A stretch of 64,000 bases of DNA. Origin: Gammaproteobacteria bacterium. Its GTDB lineage: Bacteria; Pseudomonadota; Gammaproteobacteria; Natronospirales; JAJUFS01. Where the stretch lies: positions 19,439 through 83,438 of the forward strand of contig JAJUFS010000001.1 in assembly GCA_029263725.1 (NCBI GenBank), in the 5' to 3' direction. Positions 38,613 to 49,714 of this stretch are shown here, piece by piece (the first letter of the stretch is position 1; each line of letters begins with the position of its first letter). Position numbers and translations under genes: made by a program. The notes beneath the pieces were generated by a model, which saw only the letters and a program-made list of their open reading frames with translations, was not told the DNA's origin and searched no databases.

Positions 38613-39835
38613 GCATCGAAGTCAAGGTTCCGCAGCTTCCCGAGTCCGTCGCTGACGCGACGCTGGTGAACTGGCACAAGAAGGAAGGCGACCGCGTCGA
38701 GCGCGACGAGAACCTCGTCGACATCGAGACCGACAAGGTCGTGCTCGAAGTGCCGGCTCCGGCCGCGGGCGTGATCAAGAGCATCAGGATCCAGGACGGT
38801 GCGACCGTCACCAGCGGTGAAGTGATCGCCATCCTCGAGGAAGGCGAGGGCGCGGCGGCCGCACCGGCGGCGCCGAAGGCCGAGGAAGCCAGGGCCGCGC
38901 CGGCGGCGGCTGCAGAGGAAGAGGAAGGCGGCGCCGACATGCCGCTCAGCCCCTCGGTGCGCCGCCTGGTCGAAGAGCACAAGCTCGATGCCTCGAAGAT
39001 CAGGGGCACCGGCCGCGACGGCCGCCTCACCAAGGCCGACGTGCTCGATTTCATCGCCAAGGGCGGCAAGGACCAGGCTCCGGCCGCGAAGGCCGCGCCG
39101 TCCGCCGCTGCGGCGCCCGCCGCGCCGCGTGGCGCCCGCGAGGAGCGCCGTGTGCCGATGACCCGCCTGCGCGCGCGCATCGCCGAGCGCATGATGGAAG
39201 CCAACAACGAGACCGCGATGCTGACTTCCTTCAACGAAGTCGATCTTTCCGCGGTCATGGAACTGCGCAAGAAGTACAAGGACGTCTTCGAGAAGACCCA
39301 CGGCGTGAAGCTCGGCTTCATGGGCTTCTTCGTCAAGGCCGCCATCGAGGCGCTGAAGAAGTTCCCGGTGGTGAACGCCTCGGTCGAAGGCAACGACATC
39401 ATCTACCACGACTACTACGACATCGGCATCGCGGTTTCGACGCCGAAGGGCCTGGTCGTGCCGGTGGTGCGCGACGCCGACCAGCTCAGCCTCGCCGGCG
39501 TCGAGAAGGCCATCGCCGATTACGCGAAGAAGGCCCGGGAAGGCGGTCTCGCCCTGGAAGACATCACCGGCGGCACCTTCACCATCACCAACGGCGGCGT
39601 GTTCGGCTCGCTGTTCTCGACGCCGATCCTCAACCGTCCGCAGAGCGCCATCCTCGGCATGCACGCCATCAAGGAGCGCCCGGTGGTGGTCGACGGCCAG
39701 GTCGTCGCCCGTCCGATGATGTACATCGCGCTGACCTATGATCACCGCATCGTCGACGGCCGCGAAGCCGTGCTGACGCTGGTGACCATCAAGGAGATGC
39801 TCGAGGATCCGGCGCGTTTCCTCGTCGGCGTCTGA
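38609..39835 (+). CDS. sucB: dihydrolipoyllysine-residue succinyltransferase (E2o)
   Basis: ATGA overlap with the sucA stop. Lipoyl domain ([12 protein letters not shown]), Ala/Pro linker, catalytic DHRIVDG. Confidence 0.96.
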   Translation: MSIEVKVPQLPESVADATLVNWHKKEGDRVERDENLVDIETDKVVLEVPAPAAGVIKSIRIQDGATVTSGEVIAILEEGEGAAAAPAAPKAEEARAAPAAAAEEEEGGADMPLSPSVRRLVEEHKLDASKIRGTGRDGRLTKADVLDFIAKGGKDQAPAAKAAPSAAAAPAAPRGAREERRVPMTRLRARIAERMMEANNETAMLTSFNEVDLSAVMELRKKYKDVFEKTHGVKLGFMGFFVKAAIEALKKFPVVNASVEGNDIIYHDYYDIGIAVSTPKGLVVPVVRDADQLSLAGVEKAIADYAKKAREGGLALEDITGGTFTITNGGVFGSLFSTPILNRPQSAILGMHAIKERPVVVDGQVVARPMMYIALTYDHRIVDGREAVLTLVTIKEMLEDPARFLVGV

Positions 39836-39842
39836 GCGCGTC

Positions 39843-39944
39843 TTTTGTCCTGATACTGCGTTGCTGGAATTTTCTGTCGCTCGTCATTACACAATCGGGT
39901 AACTCCTCGCGACAGAAAATTCCGCGCCTTGTCTCAGAACAAAA
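39843..39944. repeat. about 100-nt imperfect hairpin in the sucB-lpdA spacer
   Basis: Perfect 15-bp inner stem GGAATTTTCTGTCGC (39866-39880) / GCGACAGAAAATTCC (39909-39923) with a 28-nt loop. Outer arms TTTTGTCCTGA / TCAGAACAAAA have one mismatch. Locally AT-rich. Confidence 0.7.
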
Positions 39945-40025
39945 TCCGCAGCTCAGACCAGACATGAGACCAGGGCCCAGCTTCGATAATCGATTGAACT
40001 TTCAAAGAAGAATTCAGGAGTTGAA

Positions 40026-41462
40026 ATGAGCAAGTCCTACGACGTGATCGTGATCGGAGGCGGTCCGGCGGGTTACCCTGCGGCGATCCGCGCCGCGCAG
40101 AACGGCCTGAAGGTGGCGTGCATCGACGCGTGGAAGAACTTCGACGGCTCGCATTCCTTCGGCGGCACCTGCCTGAACGCGGGCTGCATTCCGTCGAAGG
40201 CCATGCTCGAGTCCTCCGAGATGTTCCACAAGGCGCAGCACGAGCTTGCCACGCACGGCGTGAAGCTCGGCAAGGTGGAGCTGGACCTGGCGACCATGCA
40301 GGCGCGCCGCGCCAGCATCGTCAAGCAGCTCACCGGCGGCATCGCGCAGCTGTTCAAGGGCAACGGCGTCGACGGCATTCGCGGCTTCGGCCGCCTGCTG
40401 AAGGACGGCAGGGTTGAGGTCACCGACTTCGACGATCCGTCCAGGAAGGAAATTCTTGAGGCGAAGCACGTCGTGCTCGCCGCCGGTTCGCAGCCGGTCG
40501 AGCTCAAGGCCGCGCCGTTCGACGGCGACAGGATCATCGATTCCTGGAAGGCGCTGGAACTCAACGAAGTGCCGAAGCGCCTCGGCGTCATCGGCGCCGG
40601 CGTGATCGGCCTGGAGCTCGGATCGGTGTGGAAGCGCCTCGGCGCCGAAGTCACCATCCTCGAAGCGCAGGAGAACTTCCTGTTCATGGCCGACCAGGAA
40701 CTTGCCCGCACCGCGGCGCGTGAATTCAAGAAGCAGGGCCTGGAGATCAAGCTCGGCGCCATGATGACCGGCGCAAAGACCTCGAAGAAGGACGTCACCG
40801 TCAGCTACAAGGACAAGGATGGCGAGCATGAGCTCGTCGTCGACAAGCTGATCGTCGCCGTCGGCCGCCGCCCGTACACCGAGAACCTCATCGAGGAAGG
40901 CTCCGCGGTGGAGCGCGACGAGCGCGGCTTCATCAAGGTGGATGACGAGTGCCGCACGGCCGTGAAGAACGTCTGGGCGGTGGGCGACTGCGTGCGCGGC
41001 CCGATGCTGGCCCACAAGGCGACCGAGGAAGGCGTGATGGTCGCCGATCTCATCGCCGGCAAGATCGCCGAGATGAATTACGACGTCATTCCCTCGGTCA
41101 TCTACACCAATCCGGAAATCGCCTGGGTGGGCAAGACCGAGGAGCAGCTCAAGAAGGAAAACATTCCGTACAAGAGCGGCAAGTTCCCGTTTGCGCCCAA
41201 CGGTCGCGCCAAGGCCATGGAAGCCACTGCCGGTTTCGTGAAGATGCTGGCGCACCAGGAGACGGACGAGATCCTCGGCGTGCACATCCTCGGTCCGGTG
41301 GCCGGCGAACTGATCGCCGAGCTGGTGCTGGCCATGGAATTCCGCGCCAGCGCCGAGGACATCCAGCGCACCATCCACGCGCACCCGTCACTGGCGGAAG
41401 CCATTCACGAGGCGGCGCTGGGGGTGGATAAGATGATGATCCACGGCGTTAACAGGAAATAG
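40026..41462 (+). CDS. lpdA: dihydrolipoyl dehydrogenase (E3)
   Basis: VIVIGGGPAGY FAD fold, redox-active GGTCLNAGCIPSK, C-terminal HAHPSLAEA. Confidence 0.96.
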   Translation: MSKSYDVIVIGGGPAGYPAAIRAAQNGLKVACIDAWKNFDGSHSFGGTCLNAGCIPSKAMLESSEMFHKAQHELATHGVKLGKVELDLATMQARRASIVKQLTGGIAQLFKGNGVDGIRGFGRLLKDGRVEVTDFDDPSRKEILEAKHVVLAAGSQPVELKAAPFDGDRIIDSWKALELNEVPKRLGVIGAGVIGLELGSVWKRLGAEVTILEAQENFLFMADQELARTAAREFKKQGLEIKLGAMMTGAKTSKKDVTVSYKDKDGEHELVVDKLIVAVGRRPYTENLIEEGSAVERDERGFIKVDDECRTAVKNVWAVGDCVRGPMLAHKATEEGVMVADLIAGKIAEMNYDVIPSVIYTNPEIAWVGKTEEQLKKENIPYKSGKFPFAPNGRAKAMEATAGFVKMLAHQETDEILGVHILGPVAGELIAELVLAMEFRASAEDIQRTIHAHPSLAEAIHEAALGVDKMMIHGVNRK

Positions 41463-41523
41463 CGCGGAAAGGGGAGCGGTCTTTTTCGTTCCTGCTTGCC
41501 GAACGCTTGCTTTGTTGACTTAA

Positions 41524-41548
41524 GGGACGCCTCGGCGTCCCTTTCTTG
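41524..41548 (+). terminator. intrinsic terminator after lpdA
   Basis: GGGACGC-cucg-GCGUCCC followed by UUUCUUG. Confidence 0.7.
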
Positions 41549-41562
41549 TCTGAGATGATTCG

Positions 41563-42585
41563 ATGAAATACCTGCTTGTCGCTTTCCTCTTCCTGACTGC
41601 GCTACCCGTCAACGCGGCAGTGGTGTTCATGTATCACCGCTTCGGCGAGGCGCGTCATCCCTCGACCAACGTGACGATGGAACAGTTTGCGCAGCATCTC
41701 GATTTCCTCGAGCGCGAGAACTTCGAGGTCTGGCCGCTGCCGCGCATCGTGCGCTGGCTGGACGAGGGCAGGGCGGTGCCCGACAAGGTGGCGGCGATCA
41801 CCATCGACGATGCCTATGCGAGCGTCCACGCGCGCGCCTTCCCGCTGCTGAAGGAGCGCGGCATGCCGTTCACGGTGTTCGTGTCCACTGACGCCGTCGA
41901 TCGGGGGCTTGGCGATTTCATGAGCTGGGAGCAGCTGCGCGAACTCAAGGCCGCAGGCGCAACGATCGCGAATCACTCCGCCACGCACGATTACCTGGTG
42001 CGCCGGAAGGAGACGGAATCGGATGCGGCGCGGCTTGCGCGCGTGCGTGCGGACATCGAACGCGCGCAACGCCGCCTGCAGGAAGAACTCGGCGACGACA
42101 TCAATGCGGCGCCGCGGCTGTTCGCGTATCCGTATGGCGAATACGACCAGGTGCTGGCCGACATGGTGAAGGCGATGGGTTACGTCGCCTTCGGCCAGCA
42201 TTCGGGGGCGCTGGGCAGGCACTCCGATACGCGCGCCTTGCCGCGCTACCCGGTCAACGAACGCTACGCGGCGATGAACGATTTCGCGCTGAAGGCGCGT
42301 TCGCTGCCGTTGCCGGTGCTGAGCGTCTCTCCCTGGGATCCGCTGGTGAAAGGACGCGTGGCGCCGGAACTCGTGCTGGAACTGGGCGAATCGGATGCGG
42401 ATCTCGGCCGCCTTGCCTGTTACTTCGAGGGCAAGCCGATGCAGCTGAGCCGCGAAGGGAAGACGCTGCGCGTCAGCACCGATGCCGAACTGCCTGCAGG
42501 TCGCAGCCGCTACAACTGCACGGCGCCGCACCGCGACGGCGGGCGCTGGTTCTGGTTCAGTCAGCCCTGGATCGTCGAGCGCTGA
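41563..42585 (+). CDS. polysaccharide deacetylase family protein (secreted)
   Basis: Signal peptide; FMYHRFGE..., ITIDDAY, FTVFVSTD, ANHSATH are NodB-type motifs. Confidence 0.8.
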   Translation: MKYLLVAFLFLTALPVNAAVVFMYHRFGEARHPSTNVTMEQFAQHLDFLERENFEVWPLPRIVRWLDEGRAVPDKVAAITIDDAYASVHARAFPLLKERGMPFTVFVSTDAVDRGLGDFMSWEQLRELKAAGATIANHSATHDYLVRRKETESDAARLARVRADIERAQRRLQEELGDDINAAPRLFAYPYGEYDQVLADMVKAMGYVAFGQHSGALGRHSDTRALPRYPVNERYAAMNDFALKARSLPLPVLSVSPWDPLVKGRVAPELVLELGESDADLGRLACYFEGKPMQLSREGKTLRVSTDAELPAGRSRYNCTAPHRDGGRWFWFSQPWIVER

Positions 42586-43500
42586 TCAGGGTGCGACGGC
42601 TTCGTCAGGGTCGGTTGCCTGCAGCACCAGGGTCGGCAGTTGATCCAGCGCGTTGGCGCGTATGATGCTGCGAATCTCGCGGACGTAGGCTTCGCCGCGC
42701 GCCGAGTAGGAGGACAGTCCGCCCGCCAGGATCCAGGGAGACAGCGGTTCGCCTTGCTCCCGCGCCTTGGCACGCAGCGAGCGGAGTTCGCCGTAGGCGG
42801 CGCCGACATTGATCGTGTGCAGGTAGTTCGCCACGGCTTCCTGGAGATTGTCGAACACCCGCACGTAATGACTGGCGTTCGCGGCGCGTTCGCGCGGCTC
42901 GATGCCGCGGGAACGGTCCCAGGTCCACATGCCGAACAGGTTGTTCGCTTCCTTCGCGAATCTGGACGTGCCCCAGCCGCTTTCATTCGCGGCCTGCGCG
43001 AGCACGAGCGCCGCAGGAATCACATCCACTCTTCGCAACAGTTTCCTGCGCACGCCGGGATCATTCACGTCGCCCGCCACGTTGTAGTGCGAGGCGATGC
43101 GCTCGATGCGCGCGCGCTCCTCTCCCTCAAGAGCCGCACTGCCCGAGAAAGCCTGCAGCAGCAGCGCGCGCTGCTCGCGGATGCGACGGTTCTCGGCGGC
43201 GACCAGCGGTGCCAACGTGCGGAAGAACAGCGCCTTGCGCTGGCGCACCGGCAACCGGTCGAAATCCGCGGGCAGGGCGGTGACCGCGATGGGCGGCACG
43301 CTGCCGTCTTCCGCCGGCGGCCAGCCATAACCGAGGCCGGCGAAGAACGCCTCGAGTTCATCGGAAGCATTCACTTCGAGCGGCGACAGTGCAGGCGTGC
43401 GCTGGACTCGTTCGCGTGAAGCCTCGGGCATGAGTGCGTCAAGGAATGCCGCGACTGCCACCGGCAGCACGAACAGCAGTACCGCGATGGAACGAATCAT
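42586..43500 (-). CDS. glucosaminidase-domain protein (Bax-like)
   Basis: LAQAANESGWGTSRFAKEANNLFGMW is the mannosyl-glycoprotein endo-beta-N-acetylglucosaminidase motif. N-terminal TM. The ATG at 43500 overlaps the relA stop (ATGA). Confidence 0.75.
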   Translation of the reverse strand: MIRSIAVLLFVLPVAVAAFLDALMPEASRERVQRTPALSPLEVNASDELEAFFAGLGYGWPPAEDGSVPPIAVTALPADFDRLPVRQRKALFFRTLAPLVAAENRRIREQRALLLQAFSGSAALEGEERARIERIASHYNVAGDVNDPGVRRKLLRRVDVIPAALVLAQAANESGWGTSRFAKEANNLFGMWTWDRSRGIEPRERAANASHYVRVFDNLQEAVANYLHTINVGAAYGELRSLRAKAREQGEPLSPWILAGGLSSYSARGEAYVREIRSIIRANALDQLPTLVLQATDPDEAVAP

Positions 43501-45575
43501 GTTCTTTTTCTCGTTGCCTCGTAGACGCCCGGAATCGCATTGAGGCGATTCAGGACGCGGCTCAACTGGGCGAGGTCGCGCACCTCCAGCGTGAGGTCGA
43601 TGTTGACGACGCCGGGTTCCGGCGTGGCGCGCGCGTTCATTGCCACGATGTTCACTTTCTCGTCCGCCATGGTGCCCGCGATGTCGCGCAGCAGCCCTTG
43701 GCGGTCGTGCGACTCGACGCGCAGGTCCACGGGATGCACGTCGTTCTGCTCGGAGCCCCATTCGACCGGCACGATGCGGTTTGGTTCACGTCCCGCCAGC
43801 GACAGCAGGTGCGCGCAATCCGCGCGATGCACGGATACGCCGTGACCGCGCGTGATGTAGCCCTGGATGGGGTCCGGCGGCACGGGACGGCAGCAGCGGG
43901 CGAACTTTGTCAGCAAGCGGTCCACGCCCGCAATGCGCATCGCGTCATCGTGGCGCGGAGCCGAAGCACGGCGCAGCGGCACGGCCGGCAGTTCCGGCAC
44001 GTTCTTCAGGCGCTGCAGGGCATTGGTGATCTGCACGCCGGAAATGTCGCCGGCGCCGATGGCAAGCCACAGCGCCTCGACATTGCCGAGCCGGAAGTGC
44101 CGCGCCAGCTCCTCGCCGCTGACATCCTCGAGATCGAGCCGCGACAGTTCCTTCTCGAGGATCGCCTTGCCGCGTGCGATGTTCTCCTCGTGCGACTGCT
44201 GCCGGAACCAGTAGCGGATCTTGTCGCGCGCGCGCGAACTGCGCGCATAGCCTTCCTGCAGCCAGTCGCGGCTGGGTTCGCCGCGTTTCGCGGTAATGAT
44301 CTCGACGCGGTCGCCGGTCTTGAGTTCGTGGTTCAGCGGCACCATGCGGCCATTGACGCGCGCGCCGCGGCAGCGATGGCCGATTTCGGTATGCACGTGA
44401 TAGGCGAAGTCGACCGGCGTGGCGCCGGCCGGCAGGTCGATGACGCCGCCGCGCGGCGTGAGCACGTAGATGCGGTCCTCGAAGATCTCGTCCTGGAAAC
44501 GGTCGATGAAGTCGTTGCCTTCCGATTCCAGCAGCTGCCGCAGCCACGCGACCTTTTCCTCCAGCGCGACGTCGCGCCCGCCGCCTTCCTTGTAGCGCCA
44601 GTGCGCGGCCACGCCGAGCTCGGCGTGCTGGTGCATCTCGAAGGTGCGGATCTGGATCTCGACCGGACGATCCTCGGGACCGAACACCGCGGTGTGCAGC
44701 GACTGGTAGTTGTTGCCCTTGGGGGTGGCAATGTAATCGTCGAACTCCTTCGGGATGTGCCGCCACCTGCCATGCACCAGGCCGAGCACCGCGTAGCAGT
44801 CGCGCACGCTGTCCACCAGCACGCGCACCGCGCGCAGGTCGTACAGCTCCTCGAGCTCCACGCCCTTGCGCTGCATCTTCTTCCAGATGCTGTAGATGTG
44901 CTTGGGCCGGCCCTTCACCGACGCCTTTATGCCGTTCACTTCCAGCAGGTTGGTAAGCTCGGCGATGACGGCGCGGATGTAGGACTCGCGTTCCTCGCGC
45001 TTCTCTTGCAGGGCGCGCGCGATCTGCCGATAGGTGTCCGGCTGGGCGTAGCGGAAGGCGAGGTCCTCAAGCTCCCACTTGAGCTGCCAGATGCCGAGGC
45101 GGTTGGCGAGCGGTGCGTAGATTTCCAGCACGACGCGCGCGGCGCGGCGCTGCTCCTCGACGCTGGCCGCCTTCAGGCCGCGCAGCAGCAGCAGCACGTC
45201 GGCAAGACGGATGATGATGGTGCGGATGTCCTGCACCATGGCGATAAGCATCTTGCGGATATTCTCGGCCTGCACGCCGGGGGCAGGGTGGGCGGCGTCG
45301 AGATCGGGCTCCTCGCCGGGCCGCGGCAGCATCGCGGCGCCCTCGGCAAGCTTCGCGATCGCCTCGCCGCACACGGGGACGATGTCGGCGCTCTCGAGGC
45401 GGCCGGCGGCGAGCGCCGGCATGAGCAGCGCGGCAACGGCGATTTCCTCGTGCAGGCCCAGCGAAGCGACGATCTGGTGCAGGGACTCGCCCCGGGCAAG
45501 CGATTCCGCCGCGCGGGCGCGCAGCAGCTCGCGGGCGGAGGAAACGGCATCCTGTGCTGGCATTTCTAGGTTCAT
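43497..45575 (-). CDS. relA: GTP pyrophosphokinase RelA ((p)ppGpp synthetase I)
   Basis: [25 protein letters not shown] is RelA-type rather than SpoT-type. Synthetase, TGS ([22 protein letters not shown]) and ACT regions are present. Start is uncertain (45575, 45563 or 45626). Confidence 0.85.
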   Translation of the reverse strand: MNLEMPAQDAVSSARELLRARAAESLARGESLHQIVASLGLHEEIAVAALLMPALAAGRLESADIVPVCGEAIAKLAEGAAMLPRPGEEPDLDAAHPAPGVQAENIRKMLIAMVQDIRTIIIRLADVLLLLRGLKAASVEEQRRAARVVLEIYAPLANRLGIWQLKWELEDLAFRYAQPDTYRQIARALQEKREERESYIRAVIAELTNLLEVNGIKASVKGRPKHIYSIWKKMQRKGVELEELYDLRAVRVLVDSVRDCYAVLGLVHGRWRHIPKEFDDYIATPKGNNYQSLHTAVFGPEDRPVEIQIRTFEMHQHAELGVAAHWRYKEGGGRDVALEEKVAWLRQLLESEGNDFIDRFQDEIFEDRIYVLTPRGGVIDLPAGATPVDFAYHVHTEIGHRCRGARVNGRMVPLNHELKTGDRVEIITAKRGEPSRDWLQEGYARSSRARDKIRYWFRQQSHEENIARGKAILEKELSRLDLEDVSGEELARHFRLGNVEALWLAIGAGDISGVQITNALQRLKNVPELPAVPLRRASAPRHDDAMRIAGVDRLLTKFARCCRPVPPDPIQGYITRGHGVSVHRADCAHLLSLAGREPNRIVPVEWGSEQNDVHPVDLRVESHDRQGLLRDIAGTMADEKVNIVAMNARATPEPGVVNIDLTLEVRDLAQLSRVLNRLNAIPGVYEATRKRT

Positions 45576-45665
45576 GTCACGGTCCGAAGCGGGTCGCTGC
45601 CGCAAAGGGGGCGTTGCGGTTATCATACGCGCTGCCTTGGACTCATATATCTGGAAGGAGTTCTG

Positions 45666-46226
45666 ATGTTGCGGTCACGCATCATGATTTCACTCGCGGC
45701 GGCCTGCCTGCCGTTCGCCGCTTCCGCCGCCGACCTGGAGCTGAACGTTTCCGACGAGGCCTTCGAGCTGCGCTACGCGGCTGCGCCTTCCTCCGCCGGC
45801 GCCCAGGTCGATTACGGCATCCTGCACCAGGAAGACGACGTCTACATCGGTCACCTCGGCCTGCACCTCGTGGACAACGCCGGCACTCAGCGCAAGCCGG
45901 TGCGCGTCGGCCTGGGCGGTCGACTGGTGTTCGTGGAAACCGACCCCGCCTCCGGCGCCGCGCTCGCCATCGGTGCCTGGGCGCGCTTCAATATTCCCGG
46001 CGCCGATCGCTTCGCCGTTTCCGGCAGCATCTACGCCGCGCCCGAAGTGACTTCCTTTGCCGACATGGAAAAATTCATGCAGTTCAGCATCCGCGGCGAA
46101 TACGAGGTGCTGCGCAATGCCAGCATCTATCTCGGCTATCGCCGGGTGCGTGCGGACTTCGACGTCACCTCGCGCAGCGTGACGCTGGACAAGGGCCTGC
46201 ATCTCGGCATGAAGTTCAATTTTTAA
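45666..46226 (+). CDS. YfaZ-like small outer-membrane beta-barrel protein
   Basis: GGAAGGAG RBS, signal peptide ...AASAA, alternating beta-strand pattern, C-terminal ...GMKFNF. Confidence 0.6.
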   Translation: MLRSRIMISLAAACLPFAASAADLELNVSDEAFELRYAAAPSSAGAQVDYGILHQEDDVYIGHLGLHLVDNAGTQRKPVRVGLGGRLVFVETDPASGAALAIGAWARFNIPGADRFAVSGSIYAAPEVTSFADMEKFMQFSIRGEYEVLRNASIYLGYRRVRADFDVTSRSVTLDKGLHLGMKFNF

Positions 46227-46255
46227 ACAACGACAGGTTCAACGGGGACGATTCG

Positions 46256-46999
46256 ATGGCGGGTCACAGCAAGTGGGCGAACATCAAGCACAAGAAGGCC
46301 AAGGAAGATGCCAAGCGCGGCAAGATCTTCACCAAGCTGATTCGTGAGATCACCACCGCAGCGCGCAGCGGCGCCGATCCGGCGATGAACCCGCGCCTGC
46401 GCCTTGCCGTGGACAAGGCCTTCGACGCCAACATGCCGAAGGATACGGTGGAGCGCGCCATCAAGCGCGGTTCCGGCGGTGGCGAAGGCGAGCAGTATGA
46501 GGAAATCCGCTACGAGGGCTACGGCGTGGGCGGCGTCGCGGTGATGGTCGATTGCATGACCGACAACCGCAACCGCACCGCCGGCGAAGTGCGCCATGCG
46601 TTCTCCAAGAATGGCGGCAACCTCGGCGCGGACGGTTCCGTTGCCTATCTCTTCAGCCAGCACGGCGTGCTGAGCTACGAGCCCGGCGTCGACGAGGAAA
46701 AGCTCATGGAAGTCGCGCTTGAGGCCGGCGCCGAGGACATCGTCAGCGACGAGGACGGCAGCATCGAGGTGCTTACCCAGCCCGAGGATTACCAGGCGGT
46801 GCGCGATGCGCTCATCCAGGCCGGCTTCCAGCCCGCGCATGCGGAAATCACCCAGCGCGCTTCCACGCTGGTGCGCATCGAGGATCCGGAGCAGGCCGCC
46901 ACGGTGATGAAGATGATCGACATGCTGGAAGACCTCGACGACGTCCAGGCGGTCTACACCAACGCCGACTTCCCAGAGGAAGTGCTGGCGTCGCTGTGA
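46256..46999 (+). CDS. yebC: YebC/PmpR family DNA-binding transcriptional regulator
   Basis: [32 protein letters not shown]. Precedes ruvC as in many bacteria. Confidence 0.93.
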   Translation: MAGHSKWANIKHKKAKEDAKRGKIFTKLIREITTAARSGADPAMNPRLRLAVDKAFDANMPKDTVERAIKRGSGGGEGEQYEEIRYEGYGVGGVAVMVDCMTDNRNRTAGEVRHAFSKNGGNLGADGSVAYLFSQHGVLSYEPGVDEEKLMEVALEAGAEDIVSDEDGSIEVLTQPEDYQAVRDALIQAGFQPAHAEITQRASTLVRIEDPEQAATVMKMIDMLEDLDDVQAVYTNADFPEEVLASL

Positions 47000-47013
47000 C
47001 GCCGGCGGCATGA

Positions 47014-47532
47014 ATGGCGCGCATACTCGGCATCGATCCCGGCTCGCTGTTCACCGGCTGGGGCATCGTTGACCAGGATGGCTCGCGCCTGTCGCGCGTC
47101 GCCAGCGGCGTGATCCGCACCGGCGGCGAGGAGTTCGTGCAGCGCCTGCGTGTGATTGCCCGCGAGACCGCGGCGCTGGTTGCCGAGTTCGAGCCGACCG
47201 AAGTCGCTGTGGAGCGCGCCTTCGTCCACAGGAACGCCGACAGCGCGCTCAAGCTCGGTCATGCCCGCGCCGCCGCCATCTGCGGCACCTTCGGCCGGGA
47301 ACTTCCCGTGTTCGAATACGCGCCGCGCGACGTCAAGCAGGCCGTGGTCGGCGGCGGTGCGGCCAGCAAGGAACAGGTGCAGCACATGGTGGCATTGCTG
47401 CTGGCGTTGCCGCCGGGGTTGCAGGCCGACGAAGCCGACGCGCTGGCGGTTGCGCTGACGCACGCCCTGCGCCGGCCCATGAACCAGAAACTTGCCGGGC
47501 TTCTGCCCGCGAAAAGGTCACGTAGACGATGA
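47014..47532 (+). CDS. ruvC: crossover junction endodeoxyribonuclease RuvC
   Basis: ILGIDPGS...TGWG, EYAPRDVKQAVVG and DEADALAVAL motifs. Confidence 0.94.
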   Translation: MARILGIDPGSLFTGWGIVDQDGSRLSRVASGVIRTGGEEFVQRLRVIARETAALVAEFEPTEVAVERAFVHRNADSALKLGHARAAAICGTFGRELPVFEYAPRDVKQAVVGGGAASKEQVQHMVALLLALPPGLQADEADALAVALTHALRRPMNQKLAGLLPAKRSRRR

Positions 47533-48128
47533 TCGGATTCCTCCGCGGACGCATTGTCGCCAAGCAGCCGCCGCTCTTGCTGCTGGATGTCAACGGCGTG
47601 GGCTACGAACTGGAAGCGCCCATGTCCACGTTCTACGACCTGCCCGAGACCGGTGCCGAGGTCACGGTGCACACCCATCTCGTGGTACGCGAGGACGCGC
47701 ACCTGCTGTTTGCCTTCGGCACCGAGGCGGAGCGCAGCCTGTTCCGGCAATTGATCAAGGTGACGGGCGTCGGTGCGCGCGTTGCGATCACGCTGCTCTC
47801 CGGCACCACCGTCGAGCAGTTCGCGCGCGCCGTGCAGGATGAAGACATCGCCTCGCTGACGCGCCTGCCGGGCGTCGGCAAGAAGACCGCGGAACGGCTG
47901 ATCGTGGAGATGCGCGATCGCCTCAAGGAAGTCGCCGGCGAGGGTGCGGGCGCGGCCGCATTCACGCGTGCGCCGGCATCCGCCGCCGACGAAGCCTTCG
48001 ACGCGCTGGTGGCGCTCGGCTACAAGCCGCAGGAAGCCACGCGCATGATCAAGGGCGTGGACACCGAGGGACTCGCCAGCCAGGAAATCATCCGTCGCGC
48101 CCTGCAATCGATCGCCAGGAAGTCCTGA
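47529..48128 (+). CDS. ruvA: Holliday junction branch migration complex subunit RuvA
   Basis: MIGFLRGRIV..., LIKVTGVGARVAI HhH, LTRLPGVGKKTAERL. Confidence 0.94.
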   Translation: MIGFLRGRIVAKQPPLLLLDVNGVGYELEAPMSTFYDLPETGAEVTVHTHLVVREDAHLLFAFGTEAERSLFRQLIKVTGVGARVAITLLSGTTVEQFARAVQDEDIASLTRLPGVGKKTAERLIVEMRDRLKEVAGEGAGAAAFTRAPASAADEAFDALVALGYKPQEATRMIKGVDTEGLASQEIIRRALQSIARKS

Positions 48129-48160
48129 GCGCGGCATGACATGAACAAAGAGCGGCATCC

Positions 48161-49201
48161 ATGACAGAAGAACGCATCATTTCCGGCGCCGCCACGCGCG
48201 AGGACGAGGCGATCGATCGCGCCATCCGGCCGAAGACCCTGGGGGATTACGTCGGCCAGCCGGCGGTGCGCGACCAGATGTCGATCTTCATCGAGGCGGC
48301 CCGCAATCGTGGCGAGGCGCTGGATCATGTGCTGATCTTCGGACCGCCGGGCCTCGGCAAGACCACGCTCGCGCACATCATCGCCAATGAGCTTGGCGTC
48401 AACCTGCGGCAGACCTCGGGGCCGGTGCTGGAACGCGCCGGCGATCTTGCCGCGCTGCTGACCAATCTCGAACCCAACGACGTGCTGTTCGTCGACGAGA
48501 TCCATCGTCTCAGCCCCGTGGTCGAGGAAGTGCTCTATCCGGCGATGGAGGACTACCAGATCGACATCATGATCGGCGAAGGGCCGGGCGCGCGCTCGGT
48601 GAAGCTCGACCTGCCGCCGTTCACGCTGGTGGGCGCGACCACGCGCGCCGGCCTGCTCACCTCGCCGCTGCGCGACCGCTTCGGCATCGTGCAGCGGCTG
48701 GAGTTCTACAACACCGCGGATCTCACCCGCATCGTGCTGCGCTCGGCCTCCATCCTGGGTCTTTCCATGGACGAGGAGGGCGCGCGCGAAATCGCCTCGC
48801 GCTCGCGCGGCACGCCACGCATCGCCAACCGGCTGCTGCGCCGGGTGCGTGACTTTGCCGAGGTGCGCGCCGATGGCCGCGTCAGCGCTTCCGTCGCGCG
48901 CGAGGCATTGGACCTGCTGGACGTCGACCGGCATGGCTTCGATCTCATGGACCGCAAGCTGCTGCTCGCCATCATCGAGAAGTTCGACGGCGGACCGGTG
49001 GGCGTGGACAGCCTGGCGGCGGCGATCGGCGAGGAGCGCGGCACCATCGAGGACGTGCTCGAGCCGTTTCTCATCCAGCAGGGCTTCCTCAAGCGCACTG
49101 CCCGTGGCCGCATGGCAACACGCAGCGCCTACCTGCATTTCGGCCTGCGTGCGCCGGCAGGCGGGACCGCAGGACCTGATCTTTTCGAACCGGAGCCGTG
49201 A
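48161..49201 (+). CDS. ruvB: Holliday junction DNA helicase RuvB
   Basis: [11 protein letters not shown] Walker [10 protein letters not shown] Walker [17 protein letters not shown]. Confidence 0.96.
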   Translation: MTEERIISGAATREDEAIDRAIRPKTLGDYVGQPAVRDQMSIFIEAARNRGEALDHVLIFGPPGLGKTTLAHIIANELGVNLRQTSGPVLERAGDLAALLTNLEPNDVLFVDEIHRLSPVVEEVLYPAMEDYQIDIMIGEGPGARSVKLDLPPFTLVGATTRAGLLTSPLRDRFGIVQRLEFYNTADLTRIVLRSASILGLSMDEEGAREIASRSRGTPRIANRLLRRVRDFAEVRADGRVSASVAREALDLLDVDRHGFDLMDRKLLLAIIEKFDGGPVGVDSLAAAIGEERGTIEDVLEPFLIQQGFLKRTARGRMATRSAYLHFGLRAPAGGTAGPDLFEPEP

Positions 49202-49294
49202 TATCGTCTTGCGCTGCAACTTCTGCGAAGACCGATGGTCTCTGATGCAGAAGGCATCACACCAATTGGTTCACGCAGCGTTTAATGTTTCCGC

Positions 49295-49714
49295 ATGACG
49301 ATTGACGACAAAGGCTTCTTCATCACCCAGGCACGCGTCTATTACGAGGACACGGACGCCGGCGGCGTTGTTTTCTACGCCAATTACCTCAAGTACATGG
49401 AGCGCGCCCGCACCGAATGGCTGCGCCGGCTCGGCGTCGAACAGCGTGCGCTGGCCGAGGAGCAGGACGCGCTGTTCGCGGTGGTGAACGTCAACGTCAA
49501 CTATCGCCGCCCCGCGCGGCTGGATGACCTGCTCGAGATCGGCGCGCGCGTCGTTGAACGCGGCAGGACGTCACTGGTTTTCGAACAGTTCGTGCGCCGC
49601 GCGGCCGATGGCGAGATTCTCGCCGATGGCCGCGTCAAGGCTGCCTGCCTCGCTGCCGGCAGCTTCCGGCCGCGCGCCATTCCCGCATTCATCCTGGAAA
49701 GGCTGCAATCATGA
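49295..49714 (+). CDS. ybgC: tol-pal system-associated acyl-CoA thioesterase
   Basis: RVYYEDTDAGGVVFYANYLKYMERARTEWLR hotdog-fold motif. Overlaps the tolQ start. Confidence 0.9.
   Translation: MTIDDKGFFITQARVYYEDTDAGGVVFYANYLKYMERARTEWLRRLGVEQRALAEEQDALFAVVNVNVNYRRPARLDDLLEIGARVVERGRTSLVFEQFVRRAADGEILADGRVKAACLAAGSFRPRAIPAFILERLQS

Noticed and set aside
45554-46255. Long N-terminal extension of the yebC ORF (481 aa) running across the YfaZ-like gene.
   Set aside because: The extension is an Arg/Pro/Ala-rich out-of-frame read of the 45666-46226 gene. YebC-family proteins begin [12 protein letters not shown], which is the ATG at 46256.
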